Assembly: GCA_041688525.1 (NCBI GenBank)
Contig: JBDNIA010000124.1
Location: forward strand, 8,380-72,379
Source: Crocinitomicaceae bacterium
Lineage (GTDB): Bacteria > Bacteroidota > Bacteroidia > Flavobacteriales_D > Crocinitomicaceae
Length of the DNA: 64,000 nt
Reading direction: 5' to 3'
Below, in pieces: positions 44,701 through 55,400 of this stretch (positions within the stretch are counted from its first letter, which is position 1; each line of letters opens with the position of its first letter). The notes beneath the pieces were generated by a model that saw nothing but the letters and a program-made list of their open reading frames with translations, did no database searches and was not told where the DNA came from. A program made the translations under genes and the position numbers.

Positions 44701-45088
44701 AATAAATTCTAGTACTATTACTACTAACGTTAGTAACTCGGATTTAGAATTTGGTGCAGATGGGTTGGGCAACATACTTATAGATGATTTTAAGTTTGAT
44801 ACTAATGTTATTACAAATACAAATGCATCTAATGAAAATTTTAAATTTAGAGGAACTAATACTCACGTAGTTATATTTGCTGGTAATCATGCAGTTAAAT
44901 TTCCGGCAGGAACAACAGCACAACGTCCTGCATCTCCTCAACTAGGACTAACAAGACAAAACACAGATCTCGATGTTTTAGAAACATGGGACGGCACCCA
45001 ATGGATTCCTAGTGCAGGTTTAGCTGAGAGTGTCTCAGATGCACAGATGCAAGATATTAGTCTACAACAGACTCTAATTTACGGGTAA
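41777..45088 (+). CDS. Tail fibre / tailspike-like protein with a right-handed beta-helix (pectate-lyase-like) core
   Basis: 1103 aa. FYVSVNGDDTNSGDSKFSPFATVKRALAAA...VTIQIYPGEYQEQLPLTVPSNVTVQG is a beta-helix N-cap type motif. Repeated I.TT.SN.DLELRA.GTG units are present. It is a paralogue of 45232..48762 along its whole length. Confidence 0.8.
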   Translation: MSQVGRISGPLLTANLERNGVNLAFRNTSSDTQLLFLDVNSGKIGVNKGVAGYEFDVNGTSRSSNLLSTTSTIANYTIEGNNLTVLVGDINLVASEAIKLSALGTDNINIDDNIISSFNSNSNIDLIPNGTGKIDVFSNLEVYGNLHSNQNITLDGTITFGDTISQDTIEFNTDVNSDINPDSNDTYQIGSIDKRWSTLYTNLVNGTGVSANALSISGLDYNLKLGNIFYVSVNGDDTNSGDSKFSPFATVKRALAAADASTAGPVTIQIYPGEYQEQLPLTVPSNVTVQGVDMRNTIIVPDTSSQSEDVFLLNGESTVQNLTIKDFYAPGYAFSFAPNTVVSTRSPYVQNVTVITKGTTTSASDPRGFASRDAGGGAYIDGADVESVSQEASMLFHSVTFITPGVDAITATNGVRIEWLNCFIYFASKGLYAFDGVDGHLSTDGSTVKYGAEIRSIGSANIYGEYGVVADGVDTLIYLINHNMAYIGTGKYVDNDASRVIQTQEVTELNSGTIYYQTIDQYGNYRVGDQFFVNQESGETSLVINEAQVDALNGLTITTNGNITLINGTQAKTGNIRLDNNDISSILADINISAASGIINLNSSTIVHKNLDITGDLSFGGNLNLLGNQTTDIIDFNVNFDQNINPNQDGTFNLGSAAKEWVYTNANRANLGDVEFTQNYITTTVSNADLELRASGVSEIILPNNDLEIDNILEVNGITDLQDLNTNSFVIANNLNISQNFNTTNLTVGNLTVGSQAQFEEINIDGNIITTTTSNADLELRASGTGTVLIPNNNTYIYNDLTVDTLNAATININNTFAIENLNSSSDIEIFDNVIRTTNSNSNLELRAAGTGSVFLQQTYFNTSTMGTVSTDFNFDVTENLNIIGVGALRIPNGAASLSSSGNLGDIRFNTSTNLFEGTSNDTVAFGGGYSTNRLTSLTAHPTNNTLIFTVNNLQVGTVNSDGIELNRLQVDDILINSSTITTNVSNSDLEFGADGLGNILIDDFKFDTNVITNTNASNENFKFRGTNTHVVIFAGNHAVKFPAGTTAQRPASPQLGLTRQNTDLDVLETWDGTQWIPSAGLAESVSDAQMQDISLQQTLIYG

Positions 45089-45102
45089 GTCTGCCCTTTT
45101 TT
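45083..45102 (+). terminator. Weak rho-independent terminator candidate
   Basis: GGGTA (45083-45087), loop AGTC, TGCCC (45092-45096), then TTTTTT (45097-45102). The stem is only 5 bp with one G-U pair and overlaps the stop codon. Confidence 0.35.
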
Positions 45103-45110
45103 CAACAAAC

Positions 45111-45118
45111 GATAAATA
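45111..45118 (+). promoter_or_regulatory. Late-promoter-like motif GATAAATA(CT), about 114 nt upstream of ATG 45232
   Basis: AACGATAAATACTGTTGTGT. Same extended motif as at 39120. Confidence 0.45.
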
Positions 45119-45231
45119 CTGTTGTGTAAAACGCGACCAATGTTTTGCATAATCAAACTGTGGTCAACCCGCAAAGAGCGTAAGCTGAAAATGAGGCTGG
45201 AGGGACAGGATCCCCGTGTATAGGAGACGAA

Positions 45232-48200
45232 ATGGCTGTAGGTCGCATATCCGGTCCGTTGCTTAAGGAAAATCTCATCCGTAATGGTATAGATTTAGCT
45301 TTTGAAACAGACCTATTATATTTAGATGTCAATAATCAGCGTATCGGTATCAAGACGACAAGTCCTACACACGAATTACAAATTTCCGGCACAACAAAAA
45401 CAACAAACCTAATAGTAGACACGCTGGCAAATCTTGCCGATGTTACTATTACAGGTAATACAATTAGTAGTACACAGCAGTACTTAAATCTAGGAACACT
45501 AGATAATGTTGTATATCAAAATAAAGCAGTTATTGATAGCATTGATATTGAAGGCAATGTTATTAGTACTAATGAGTCCAATGCTAATTTAGAATTTCGA
45601 CCTAACGGCACAGGTGTAGTAGAAGTATACTCAGATGTACTTGTACAAGGAAATATACACGCAACAGGAAACATTACAGCAGACGGTAATATCATACTTG
45701 GAGATGCAGATACAGATAATGTTGTATTTAATGCAGAAATTGCAAGTGATATTATTCCTGATATTACTAATACATATAGTTTAGGTAGCGATCCTAGCCT
45801 AGGTGGCAAAGAATGGAACGATGTTTGGGTTAATAATCTAGTAGCAACTAGCATTAACTCTACTGCATTAGAAGTTGACGGCATTGACTTGACATTCCGT
45901 CAAGGTAACATTTATTATGTTGCTGAAAACGGCGATGATGCTAATACTGGTTCACACATACAAGATCCGTATGCAAGTGTTGCACAAGCATTAAGCTCGG
46001 CATCACCTGGCGATACTGTTTATATATACCCCGGCGTATATACAGAAATATTTCCACTAACTATTCCGGCAGGAGTTACTGTTAAAGGTCAAGGCTTACG
46101 TGCAGTAACAATACAACCTACAGTAGGTACAACTACAAACACTGCATTCTTACTTAATGGTGAAACTACTATTGAAGATTTAATGCTAACTGGATTTTAT
46201 GCTCCAGGTTACGCATTTGAATTTGCCGCAGGGTTTATTGTAACTAGTCGCAGCCCGTACATTAAAAATGTAACTGTTATTACATCAGGTAGTGTAACCA
46301 CAACTGAAGATCCAAAAGGATTCAACGCAGGAGATGCAGGCGGTGGCGCCTATATTGACGGCAGTGTAGCAATTGCAGGATCAAAAGAAGTAGCAATCTT
46401 GTTTCACAGTGCCACATTTATTACTCCAGGTGTTGATGCAATTACAATGACTAATGGTGTTAGAATTGAATGGCTAAATAGTTTTACATATTTTGCAGAC
46501 AAGAGTATTTACGCATTTGACGGTACTACTGGAAAATATAACAATGGCAAAACACAAATACGTCTAGGCGGCGTTACAGGTACGTTTACTCCAGGCAATA
46601 CAATTACATTTACTTCAGCAGATGCATCAACAGTTGTTAGTGCTATTATTGAAAGTGTAATTGATGACGTTATCATTATTGATGGAAAGTTTGAAGATCT
46701 AATTGGATTTGACAAAACTCCACAGAGTATTAGCGACGGTAGTGCTACTGCTACAACAATATTAAATTACGACCTACGAGACTTTGGTGCAGAGATCCGT
46801 ATGATTGGATCAGCAAGCATTTATGGCAATTATGGCCTATATGGCGATGGGCCAGGCGTACTTGTTTATGCAATTGGACATAACTTAGCTTACATTGGCA
46901 CTGGTAAAAGCGTTACTAATGAAGTATTAGAAGTTATTCAGCAAAATGAAGTTGTAGAACTAAACGGTGCAAGAATAAGATATAACTCAGTTGACCATAA
47001 AGGTGACTTTAGAGTTGGAGGCTTATTTTACGTAAATCAAGAAAGTGGTACTGTAAATTTTGCAGCAAACAATTTAAATATTGACATTACTAACGGCGTA
47101 ACATTTACAACCGACGGCAATAATACATTTGTAAATGGTGAAAGAATTGATACTGGTAATTTGCGCATTAGCGGAAACACTATTGAAAGTTTAAGTGGAA
47201 ATATTAACTTTAGCGCATTTAACGATCAAATTGATTTATTAAACAATGTTAATATTACAGGCGACTTAGATGTAACAGGTAACGTTACTATCGGTGGCAA
47301 TATTACAATTGGTAATGAAGCAAGTGATACAATTCAAATCGTAGCAGGTATCGATAGTGACCTTGTTCCTAGACTAGACAGTACATATAGTTTAGGTATG
47401 CCTAGTAAGCGTTGGAATAATGTTTGGACTAATCAAGCAAACATTGACGGACTTGTAATTAGAGACAACTACATTGAAACTGTTACTTCAAATGCAGATT
47501 TAGAACTACGTGCAAGTGGCACAGGCAGAATCCTAGTACCTAATAACAATGTACAAGTTGATAATAATCTAACTGTAAACGGTACTGCTACACTTGCAAA
47601 TACAAACATCACGGGAACCGTAACGCTTACTGGTGCATTTAATCAAACAGGCAATACTACAATAACAGGAGATGTTGGAGTATCTCAAGACCTAGTAGTT
47701 AACGCAGCAGCACAGTTTGAAGAAATATTAATTGATGACAATTTTATTACTACAACTACAAGTAATACAGATTTAGAATTACGTGCTAACGGCACAGGCA
47801 ACATATTAATTCCTAATAATGTTATTATATATAACAACTTAACTGTTAGCGGAGTATTAAATGTTGGTAATATTGATAGTATTGGTACTATACAAGCTAA
47901 CAATTTTACTACCGGTGATATTTTAATTGATGATAACTTTATTACAACTACTATTTCAAATAGTAATTTAGAATTACGTGCTGCCGGAACTGGTAATATT
48001 GTTATTGATAATTTTACATTTAATGATAGTACATTAACAACTACTGGTAATTTTACCATACAACCAGGTAGCGGTGTAGTAAATATTATTGGAACTGGAG
48101 CTTTAACACTTCCTTTAGGTAATACAAGTGAGCGCCCGAGTGCTGCTGCCGGACAAATAAGATATAACACTCAATTAACAAGATTTGAAGGATATAACGG

Positions 48201-48762
48201 ATCTAATTGGATTAACCTAAAAGGGGTTGAAGACTTAGATGGCAATACTAAAGTAACTGCCGAACTAACTGAGGGCGCAAACGATAATATTATTAGATTT
48301 ATTGTAGAAGATGCTACTATTGTTGATATCAATGCGTCAAGACTTGCTGCTACTAAGGTAATAGTAGATAATATACAGCTTGATGGAAATGTGATAAGTA
48401 CTATAACAGCAAACACAGATTTAGTATTAGATGCTAATGGCACTGGTAGAGTAGTTGTAGATAACATTGCCATTAAAGACAATGTAATTTTAAACAGAGT
48501 TTCTAATAGTAACACTGTACTTCAAAATACTGGAACTGGGTATGTAGAATTTGCAGATCCGTACGGAATTGTATTGCCGGTAGGTGATGATACAACCAGA
48601 CCAGCGGTAGCAACACAGGGAATGATTAGATATCACACAGTTGATAAAAGAGTTGAATTATATGATGGTACTAATTGGGTATCTGTTGCAGGTGCAAGTG
48701 GCGGTATTAGCTTTGCAGACGCAGAAGATATTGCAATTGAAAAAGTATTAATATTTGGGTAA
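45232..48762 (+). CDS. Tail fibre / tailspike-like protein, tandem paralogue of 41777..45088
   Basis: 1176 aa. MAVGRISGPLLKENLIRNGIDLAF corresponds to MSQVGRISGPLLTANLERNGVNLAF in the paralogue. YYVAENGDDANTGSHIQDPYASVAQAL...VYIYPGVYTEIFPLTIPAGVTVKGQG is the beta-helix cap. It has the same SN.DLELRA.GTG repeats and two RP...G.IRY.T modules. Confidence 0.8.
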   Translation: MAVGRISGPLLKENLIRNGIDLAFETDLLYLDVNNQRIGIKTTSPTHELQISGTTKTTNLIVDTLANLADVTITGNTISSTQQYLNLGTLDNVVYQNKAVIDSIDIEGNVISTNESNANLEFRPNGTGVVEVYSDVLVQGNIHATGNITADGNIILGDADTDNVVFNAEIASDIIPDITNTYSLGSDPSLGGKEWNDVWVNNLVATSINSTALEVDGIDLTFRQGNIYYVAENGDDANTGSHIQDPYASVAQALSSASPGDTVYIYPGVYTEIFPLTIPAGVTVKGQGLRAVTIQPTVGTTTNTAFLLNGETTIEDLMLTGFYAPGYAFEFAAGFIVTSRSPYIKNVTVITSGSVTTTEDPKGFNAGDAGGGAYIDGSVAIAGSKEVAILFHSATFITPGVDAITMTNGVRIEWLNSFTYFADKSIYAFDGTTGKYNNGKTQIRLGGVTGTFTPGNTITFTSADASTVVSAIIESVIDDVIIIDGKFEDLIGFDKTPQSISDGSATATTILNYDLRDFGAEIRMIGSASIYGNYGLYGDGPGVLVYAIGHNLAYIGTGKSVTNEVLEVIQQNEVVELNGARIRYNSVDHKGDFRVGGLFYVNQESGTVNFAANNLNIDITNGVTFTTDGNNTFVNGERIDTGNLRISGNTIESLSGNINFSAFNDQIDLLNNVNITGDLDVTGNVTIGGNITIGNEASDTIQIVAGIDSDLVPRLDSTYSLGMPSKRWNNVWTNQANIDGLVIRDNYIETVTSNADLELRASGTGRILVPNNNVQVDNNLTVNGTATLANTNITGTVTLTGAFNQTGNTTITGDVGVSQDLVVNAAAQFEEILIDDNFITTTTSNTDLELRANGTGNILIPNNVIIYNNLTVSGVLNVGNIDSIGTIQANNFTTGDILIDDNFITTTISNSNLELRAAGTGNIVIDNFTFNDSTLTTTGNFTIQPGSGVVNIIGTGALTLPLGNTSERPSAAAGQIRYNTQLTRFEGYNGSNWINLKGVEDLDGNTKVTAELTEGANDNIIRFIVEDATIVDINASRLAATKVIVDNIQLDGNVISTITANTDLVLDANGTGRVVVDNIAIKDNVILNRVSNSNTVLQNTGTGYVEFADPYGIVLPVGDDTTRPAVATQGMIRYHTVDKRVELYDGTNWVSVAGASGGISFADAEDIAIEKVLIFG

Positions 48763-48768
48763 AAGAAA

Positions 48769-49098
48769 ATGGCAACAGTACTAAAAAATACAGTAATTAA
48801 AAATTGCGGAACAGTTCCGGTGTTAATCTATGAAACACTTCCTACTGCACGAGTAACAGTGTTGGGTTTAAGTTTTACTAACCTAACAGATAAATTTGTT
48901 TATGTTGATGTGTTAGTAGAAGATGACACAAGTGTTTCAGGTTATTATTTAAAAGATTCTCTTTTACCAGCTGGTACAAGTTTACGAGCAGTTTCAACGG
49001 GTGAAAAATTAGTATTAGCGCCTAGCAATAGATTGTTAGTTAGATCTAGTTTAGATGATTCAGTTGACGTCATTGTTAGTTACGTGGAGATTACATAA
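48769..49098 (+). CDS. Small fibre-cassette protein, member 2 of the 109-110-aa family
   Basis: Starts 6 nt after the fibre gene stop. Motifs as listed for 40884..41216. Confidence 0.65.
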   Translation: MATVLKNTVIKNCGTVPVLIYETLPTARVTVLGLSFTNLTDKFVYVDVLVEDDTSVSGYYLKDSLLPAGTSLRAVSTGEKLVLAPSNRLLVRSSLDDSVDVIVSYVEIT

Positions 49099-49472
49099 TG
49101 AGTTATTATATTGGTACAAGTCCAGAAGCTGTTATTAACGGCTTTATTAAAAGATATTTTTACGGTTTACGTAGAAACGATGATGGAGAATTATTCTTGG
49201 TCAGAGTTGATCAATTAAGAGGCGCTGGCTCTGTTGTTATTAACGATATCGGTATTGGTGAAAATAACTTTATTGATTTTGAAGAAGGTATTGACTTTCT
49301 AGAAGGCGTTAATATAGACCATGACATTGTATATGAAAACTTGCGCTATACGCAAATGAAATGGGATGGTAGATTGTTGACATATTATATTGACCCAGTT
49401 GATGGACAATTTATTGCAAGAATTTCAGAAGATTACACATATCCTGATAATATTTCAGGACCAGGATACTAA
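49098..49472 (+). CDS. Hypothetical protein
   Basis: 124-aa ORF with TAATG overlap to the upstream gene, 10 nt before the next giant gene. No motif recognised. Confidence 0.55.
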   Translation: MSYYIGTSPEAVINGFIKRYFYGLRRNDDGELFLVRVDQLRGAGSVVINDIGIGENNFIDFEEGIDFLEGVNIDHDIVYENLRYTQMKWDGRLLTYYIDPVDGQFIARISEDYTYPDNISGPGY

Positions 49473-49482
49473 GGAATAAAAA

Positions 49483-52400
49483 ATGGCTGAGTTTAAACTA
49501 GAACGATTTAAGTACAACTGGAGAGGCGCTTGGACTACAAGTGCAGCTTATAAAAGAGATGATGTAGTAAGAGTTAATGGTAAAAGTTATGTATGTGTTG
49601 TAACACATAGTGCAAGTGCAGCATTTAGAACAGATCTAACAGCAACACTTCCTGGATCATCTCCCTTACAACCTCAGCCAAGGTGGGTAGTAATGACCAG
49701 TGGTCGCAGTTTTGTAGGAAACTGGACAGGCAGCACTGACTACAATTTAGGTGATGTTGTTAAATATGACGGATCGCTTTGGTTGTGTACTGTGTCGCAT
49801 GCTGCATCTAATTTTGCAACAGACTTTGATAACTGGGAAACATTTGCTCAAGGATTAGGATTTGTAGGTAACTGGACTAGCAGTACTACATACGGTCCTG
49901 GAGCAATTGTAAAATATAACGGTATGTCTTATAAATGTGTAATTGCTCATACAGCAGATACTACATTAGAAACTAATATTAACGATTGGGAAGTTTATCA
50001 CGAAGGCATAGAAATTCTCGGTGACTGGGTAGCTGGATCAGAATACCGATTAAATGATCTAGTAAAATATGGCGGAACAGTTTTCCGTTGTATAGATATA
50101 CATACATCTAGTGGTTCTAGTTTAGATGATACCAAATTTGAAATTGAAGTATTTGGATCTCAGTACGACGGAGAATGGAATACTTCAACTTATTATAACA
50201 TAGGCGACATTGTCCGACACAGAGGATTTATGTACTATGCAGTTAACAACAATACAAGCTCAAGACCATATGACGATAATGGCAACGTTAACTGGATACT
50301 AGTTTCAAGAAGTTATAGTTTTATAGGATCGTGGGCGCCTACAACTATTACTGTTGCAAGTACAGCAGGGTTAATACCTGGAATGGTATTAACTAAAACT
50401 AGCGGTACTGGAGTATTCCAAACAAATACAACAGTAGTTACTGTATTAAACGCTACCCAGTTTACAATTTTAAAGAAACCAACTGCAACTATTAGCAATG
50501 TAAATGCTACTGCCACTTTAGACACATTATCAGTATCTTTAACATCGGCTAATAGTGCATCTACAGCTTATAAGACTGGTGATATTGTATTACGAGGCGG
50601 AAATCTTTATCTAGCGTTAAGAGATATTGCTGATGGATTTGATGATGGAAGTACATTAGATTATCTTGATGATACTATTTGGGAATTAATTTTACCAGGG
50701 AAAAGTTTCAAAAGCGAATGGATCCTTAACGAGTATTATAGTGTAGGCGATGTTGTTTACTTTAAAGGTAGTGCGTATACTTGTAATTTTGAGCACGAGT
50801 CTTCAATTATTGATGCTCCTGAAGATAACGGTAGCGGATATTTTTACTGGGACTTGCTACTACAAGCTGGTAGACCAGCGGCCTTAAATACAAAAGGTGA
50901 TATGCTAACCTATGGCCCAACAAGGCTACTTGATAATGACGGCAGTACTGTTTTTGACGATAGTACATTCGGCGATACTAGATTAGCTATTGGAGAGATT
51001 GCTCAACTATTATCTGTTTCGAGTGATTTAGAAGCATATTGGAGAGATATTGTTATTGATGCAGATACTGTATATGTAGCAACTAATGGAATTGATGATA
51101 CCGGAAAAGGTACATCTCAAAATCCTTTTAAAACAATTCGATATGCAGCAGAGTATGTAGAAGATAACTTTCCGCCGTTAACTCCTACTATTGTTAGAGT
51201 AAGTACCGGTAAATTTGAAGAAATTGGTCCTATTATTGTTCCGGCAGGCTGCGCAATTAACGGTGATGAATTGCGATCAACAACGGTATTAGCTAATTCG
51301 GCTATAGCCGAATATCAAAACGATTTTCAATATGTTACAGCATACTTAGATCATTTAGTTACAATACTAGCAGATATAATTATTGGACGTCCTATAACTC
51401 CTACATCTGGAAATAGTGTATTGCAAATTACACAAATATTTACTCCAGTTCTTGATATTACAGGAATAGCTCAAGTAGATTTAAATACTGGCGAAATATT
51501 AACTGAAGATACTTTTCCAATCTCAAGTGTAGCCGGCGCAAACGCCGTAGTAAATTTATTTACTACGTTTACTAACTATATTTCTTTTAGAATTGCAGAT
51601 GGCGAAATAAATCCTACAATAACAGGATCAAATATTTTAAATACAAATCAGCCAATTGTTAATGCTGGACTAGCATTAGAAGTTAACGAAGAATTTGTAC
51701 AACAAGAAATTTTAGCGTTCTTGAGATTAGAATATCCTAGTGTGACATTCCCTGAAATAAAAACTAAAAACGATATACACTCTTTAATAAGAGCAATAAA
51801 ACGAGATTTGCAATACACTGGCAACTATGCTACGACTTTTGCTGCTAGAAGATATTCAAATGCGGTCACAGGTTCTCAACTTGATAGTTTATTCTTCTTA
51901 AGAGATACCACAGGTTTAAGAGATTGTACAACAGGAGGATTACAAGGAACTCTTAATCCTCCGGGAGTCTTTGAGCTTTATCAAAAGCCAACAGGCGGGG
52001 CACTTGTAAGTCTTGATCCAGGGTGGGGACCAGACGATGAGCGTACTTGGATTGTTAATCGCTCTCCTTATATCCAAGGCGTTACTAATATTGGTTTTGG
52101 GTGTGTTGGTATGAAGGTAGACGGCGCATTGCACAATGGCGGTAACAGGTCTATGACAGCTAACGACTTTACACAAGTTTTAAGTGATGGTATTGGTGCT
52201 TGGATCACAAATAATGCAAGAGCAGAACTTGTGTCAGTGTTTAGTTACTATTGTCAAATTGGTTATTTTGCCGAAAATGGCGGCATTATCCGTGCTGCAA
52301 ACGGCAATAACAGTTACGGACGTTACGGATCCGTTGCTGATGGTGTTGACAGTACTGAGATTCCTCAAACTGCAACTTTCTTTAATCGAAATAATCAAGC

Positions 52401-55400
52401 ACAGGTAAAAGAAGCAATTGCTGGTGGCAATGCAGATGAATTAATAGCATTTGAATATTCTAATGCAGGAGAACACTATACTAGTGCAACGGCAACTGTT
52501 GTCGGTGCTGGAGAAGATGCAACTGTTGAATATACAGATTTTAGAGACGGTGCATTATTCGAAGCTAGACTAATTTCACCGGATGGTTCTAGTAATAAAG
52601 GCGGTTCTGGATACGTAGTTAAACAAGCAAGTTCACAAGCAACAATAGGAGCATCAAGTACTATTGTATTATCTACTAATGATACAACTCAGTTTTTATC
52701 AGAAATTGAAGGTATGAGAATCATTATTATAGACGGCACTGGAGTAGGCCAATACGGTTACATTGACAATTTTGTATTTGCTACAAAACTAGTAACTGTA
52801 CGTAGAGACAGCGATGCTGAACTAGGTTGGGATAATATTATTCCGGGTACTCCCCTTGCAGCAAATTTAGACACTACGACTCGATATAGAATTGAACCTC
52901 GTATTAGTGTAAGTGCGCCACCATACAGTACAGCTTCTTTTGACTTGTTTACTAATAGATCATATGTTGATGTAGTTTATGGCGATACTACGCAAACATA
53001 TACTAATATAACTGCTGGCAGTGATTTAATATGGAGAGATGATACTAATACACGTATAGCACTAGCTGAAATTATATCAAACACATCTTTACAATTTACA
53101 GCAGAGTTTGCAACTAATCCTAGTGTGCCTTTTAATATTAAAGGAAGAACTAGCGGAGCAACAGCAGTTGCAACAGCTATATCTACTAACACAGGCAAAA
53201 CTATAAATGTTACAATTTCTGCTAACGGAAGTAGTTTTATTGTTGGCGAAGAAATAGATCTTGTATTTGTTTCAGGGTCAGGCAACACATATGATGATGA
53301 TCCTATTGCTGCTAGATTTACAGTGGTCAGACAAGGTGAATCTTATTTAGTATCTCTTACAAATACAGGAGCTGGGTACAATATAAATGATGTTATAACT
53401 ATTTTAGGTACTTCGCTCGGCGGAGCAACCCCCGCTAATGATATAACTATTACAATCACAGATGTAAGTTTAGATAGTACAAGCAGTATTCAAACATTTA
53501 CTTTTACAGGTACAGGCAAAACAGGAATATTTGTTTCTTTAACTAATAGTGAATATAGTAGATATAGTGAAAATGGTCAAAATTGGACTGAAGTTAGTTT
53601 ATCATTTATAGGTGACAATAGAGCACTAATTAACGGCAACAATAGATTTATTGCAGTAGCTAATAATGAAAGTCGTGTAAGTTCAAGTCTAAATGGACAA
53701 ACTTGGACAACAGTTGATCTTCCAATAACTGCATCATGGACAGATGGCGTTTACGGCGGCGGAAAATTTGTTCTAGTAGCAGACGATACAAATGACGTTG
53801 CAGTAAGTGCAAACGGCACTACTTGGACAACAGCAACTATTCCAGATGATACCGGTGGTGCAGACAGTACTATTAGTCAATGGTCAAAAGTTGTTTATGG
53901 TAAAGGCAGATTTGTTGCTGTAAGTAGGAACGATCTTGCAACAGCAACGTCAACAAATGGCGGCGTAACTTGGACTAGAAACGACGAAGTATTACCGAAC
54001 GTAGATTGGACGGCAGCATCTCTAGCATACGGAAATAATAGATTTTTATTATTAGCAGCTGACGGTACAACTGCATATAGCTTTGATGGCGTAACTTGGT
54101 ATGCTGGAACTACTGCAAGTGCAGTATTAACATATAGTGAAATTAAGTATGCACAAGGAATATTTTTTGCTATTGGACTAGATTCCGCAGCAGCAACAAA
54201 TCAATGCGCTACTTCAGAAGACGGTATCCTATGGACTAATAGAGTACTGCCTGCCTCGCAGCGATGGAGTGCATTAACATACGGAGATGTTAATGGAACT
54301 AGCAAATGGGTATTACTTGCCTCAGCTGGAAGTACAGGTGCTGTTGCTCATGTTAGTACAGGTGCTCGTGCAAAATGTAGAGCAGATGTTATTGTAGGTT
54401 CGTTTAAGACTATTAAAATATGGGATAGTGGTAGTGGTTATTCGAGCAGTAATTTACCTGTACTAACAATCACCGATCCTAATTTTGTTACTGAAGTAGC
54501 TTATGAAAGTAGAATAAGTAATGGAGTATTAAGTCAACCAGACTTCATTAATAGAGGTGCAGGATATAGACGTACTACTAGTACCATTACAATATCTGGT
54601 AACGGTTATGCAGACATTGTCCCTGACGAAAATATAATCACTATATCCGGTATTGTAAATCTTCCAAGTCCCGGAGTACAAATACAAATTGCGGGAGTTT
54701 TAAATACTGTAACAGACACACCTAATGATTTGTCTATCTTTAGTGGAGTAATAGTAACAGACTTAGGCGACGACGGAACAGGAAACGAAACTAGACTAGT
54801 ACAACTTACAATTTCGCCAAGTTTAGAAACTTTTTATAATACTGAACACGGGACAGCAATAACATTAAGAGAAAAATTTAGTCAATGTAGAATTAGTGGA
54901 CATGATTTCTTAGACATAGGAACGGGCAATTTTGAAGAAACTAACTACCCAACACTATATGCAAGCGGCGGATTTTTTGTTGCATCGCCTGAAAACGAAG
55001 TTTATGAAACAAATAGTGGTAGAGTATTCTATGTAAGTACCGACCAAGACGGAAATTTTAGAGCAGGCGAATTGTTTAGTGTTGAACAAGCAACTGGTGT
55101 TGTTACTATTAGTGCTCAATTTTTCCAATTAGATGGGCTATCGGCACTTGCCTTAGGCGGTGTAAGATTAGGCGGATCAGGAACAGTTGTTAATGAATTT
55201 TCAACAGACAGCACATTCTCTGCAGATTCAAATAATGTTATTCCAACACAGCGAGCTATTGCATCCTTCCTTGCAAACAGACTATCAGTTGGTGGTGAGA
55301 GTTTAGAAGTCAATAGATTACAAGCAGGAGCTGTTATTATAGGCGGCACTGATAACGAAATAAGCACAATTGGAGGTTATTTACACATTCCCTCCAATGT

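Noticed and set aside
45140-45223. 27-codon uORF in the leader of fibre gene 45232, considered as an independent small gene.
   Set aside because: It has no RBS and no conservation evidence is available. It is mentioned only as a possible regulatory element under the leader finding.
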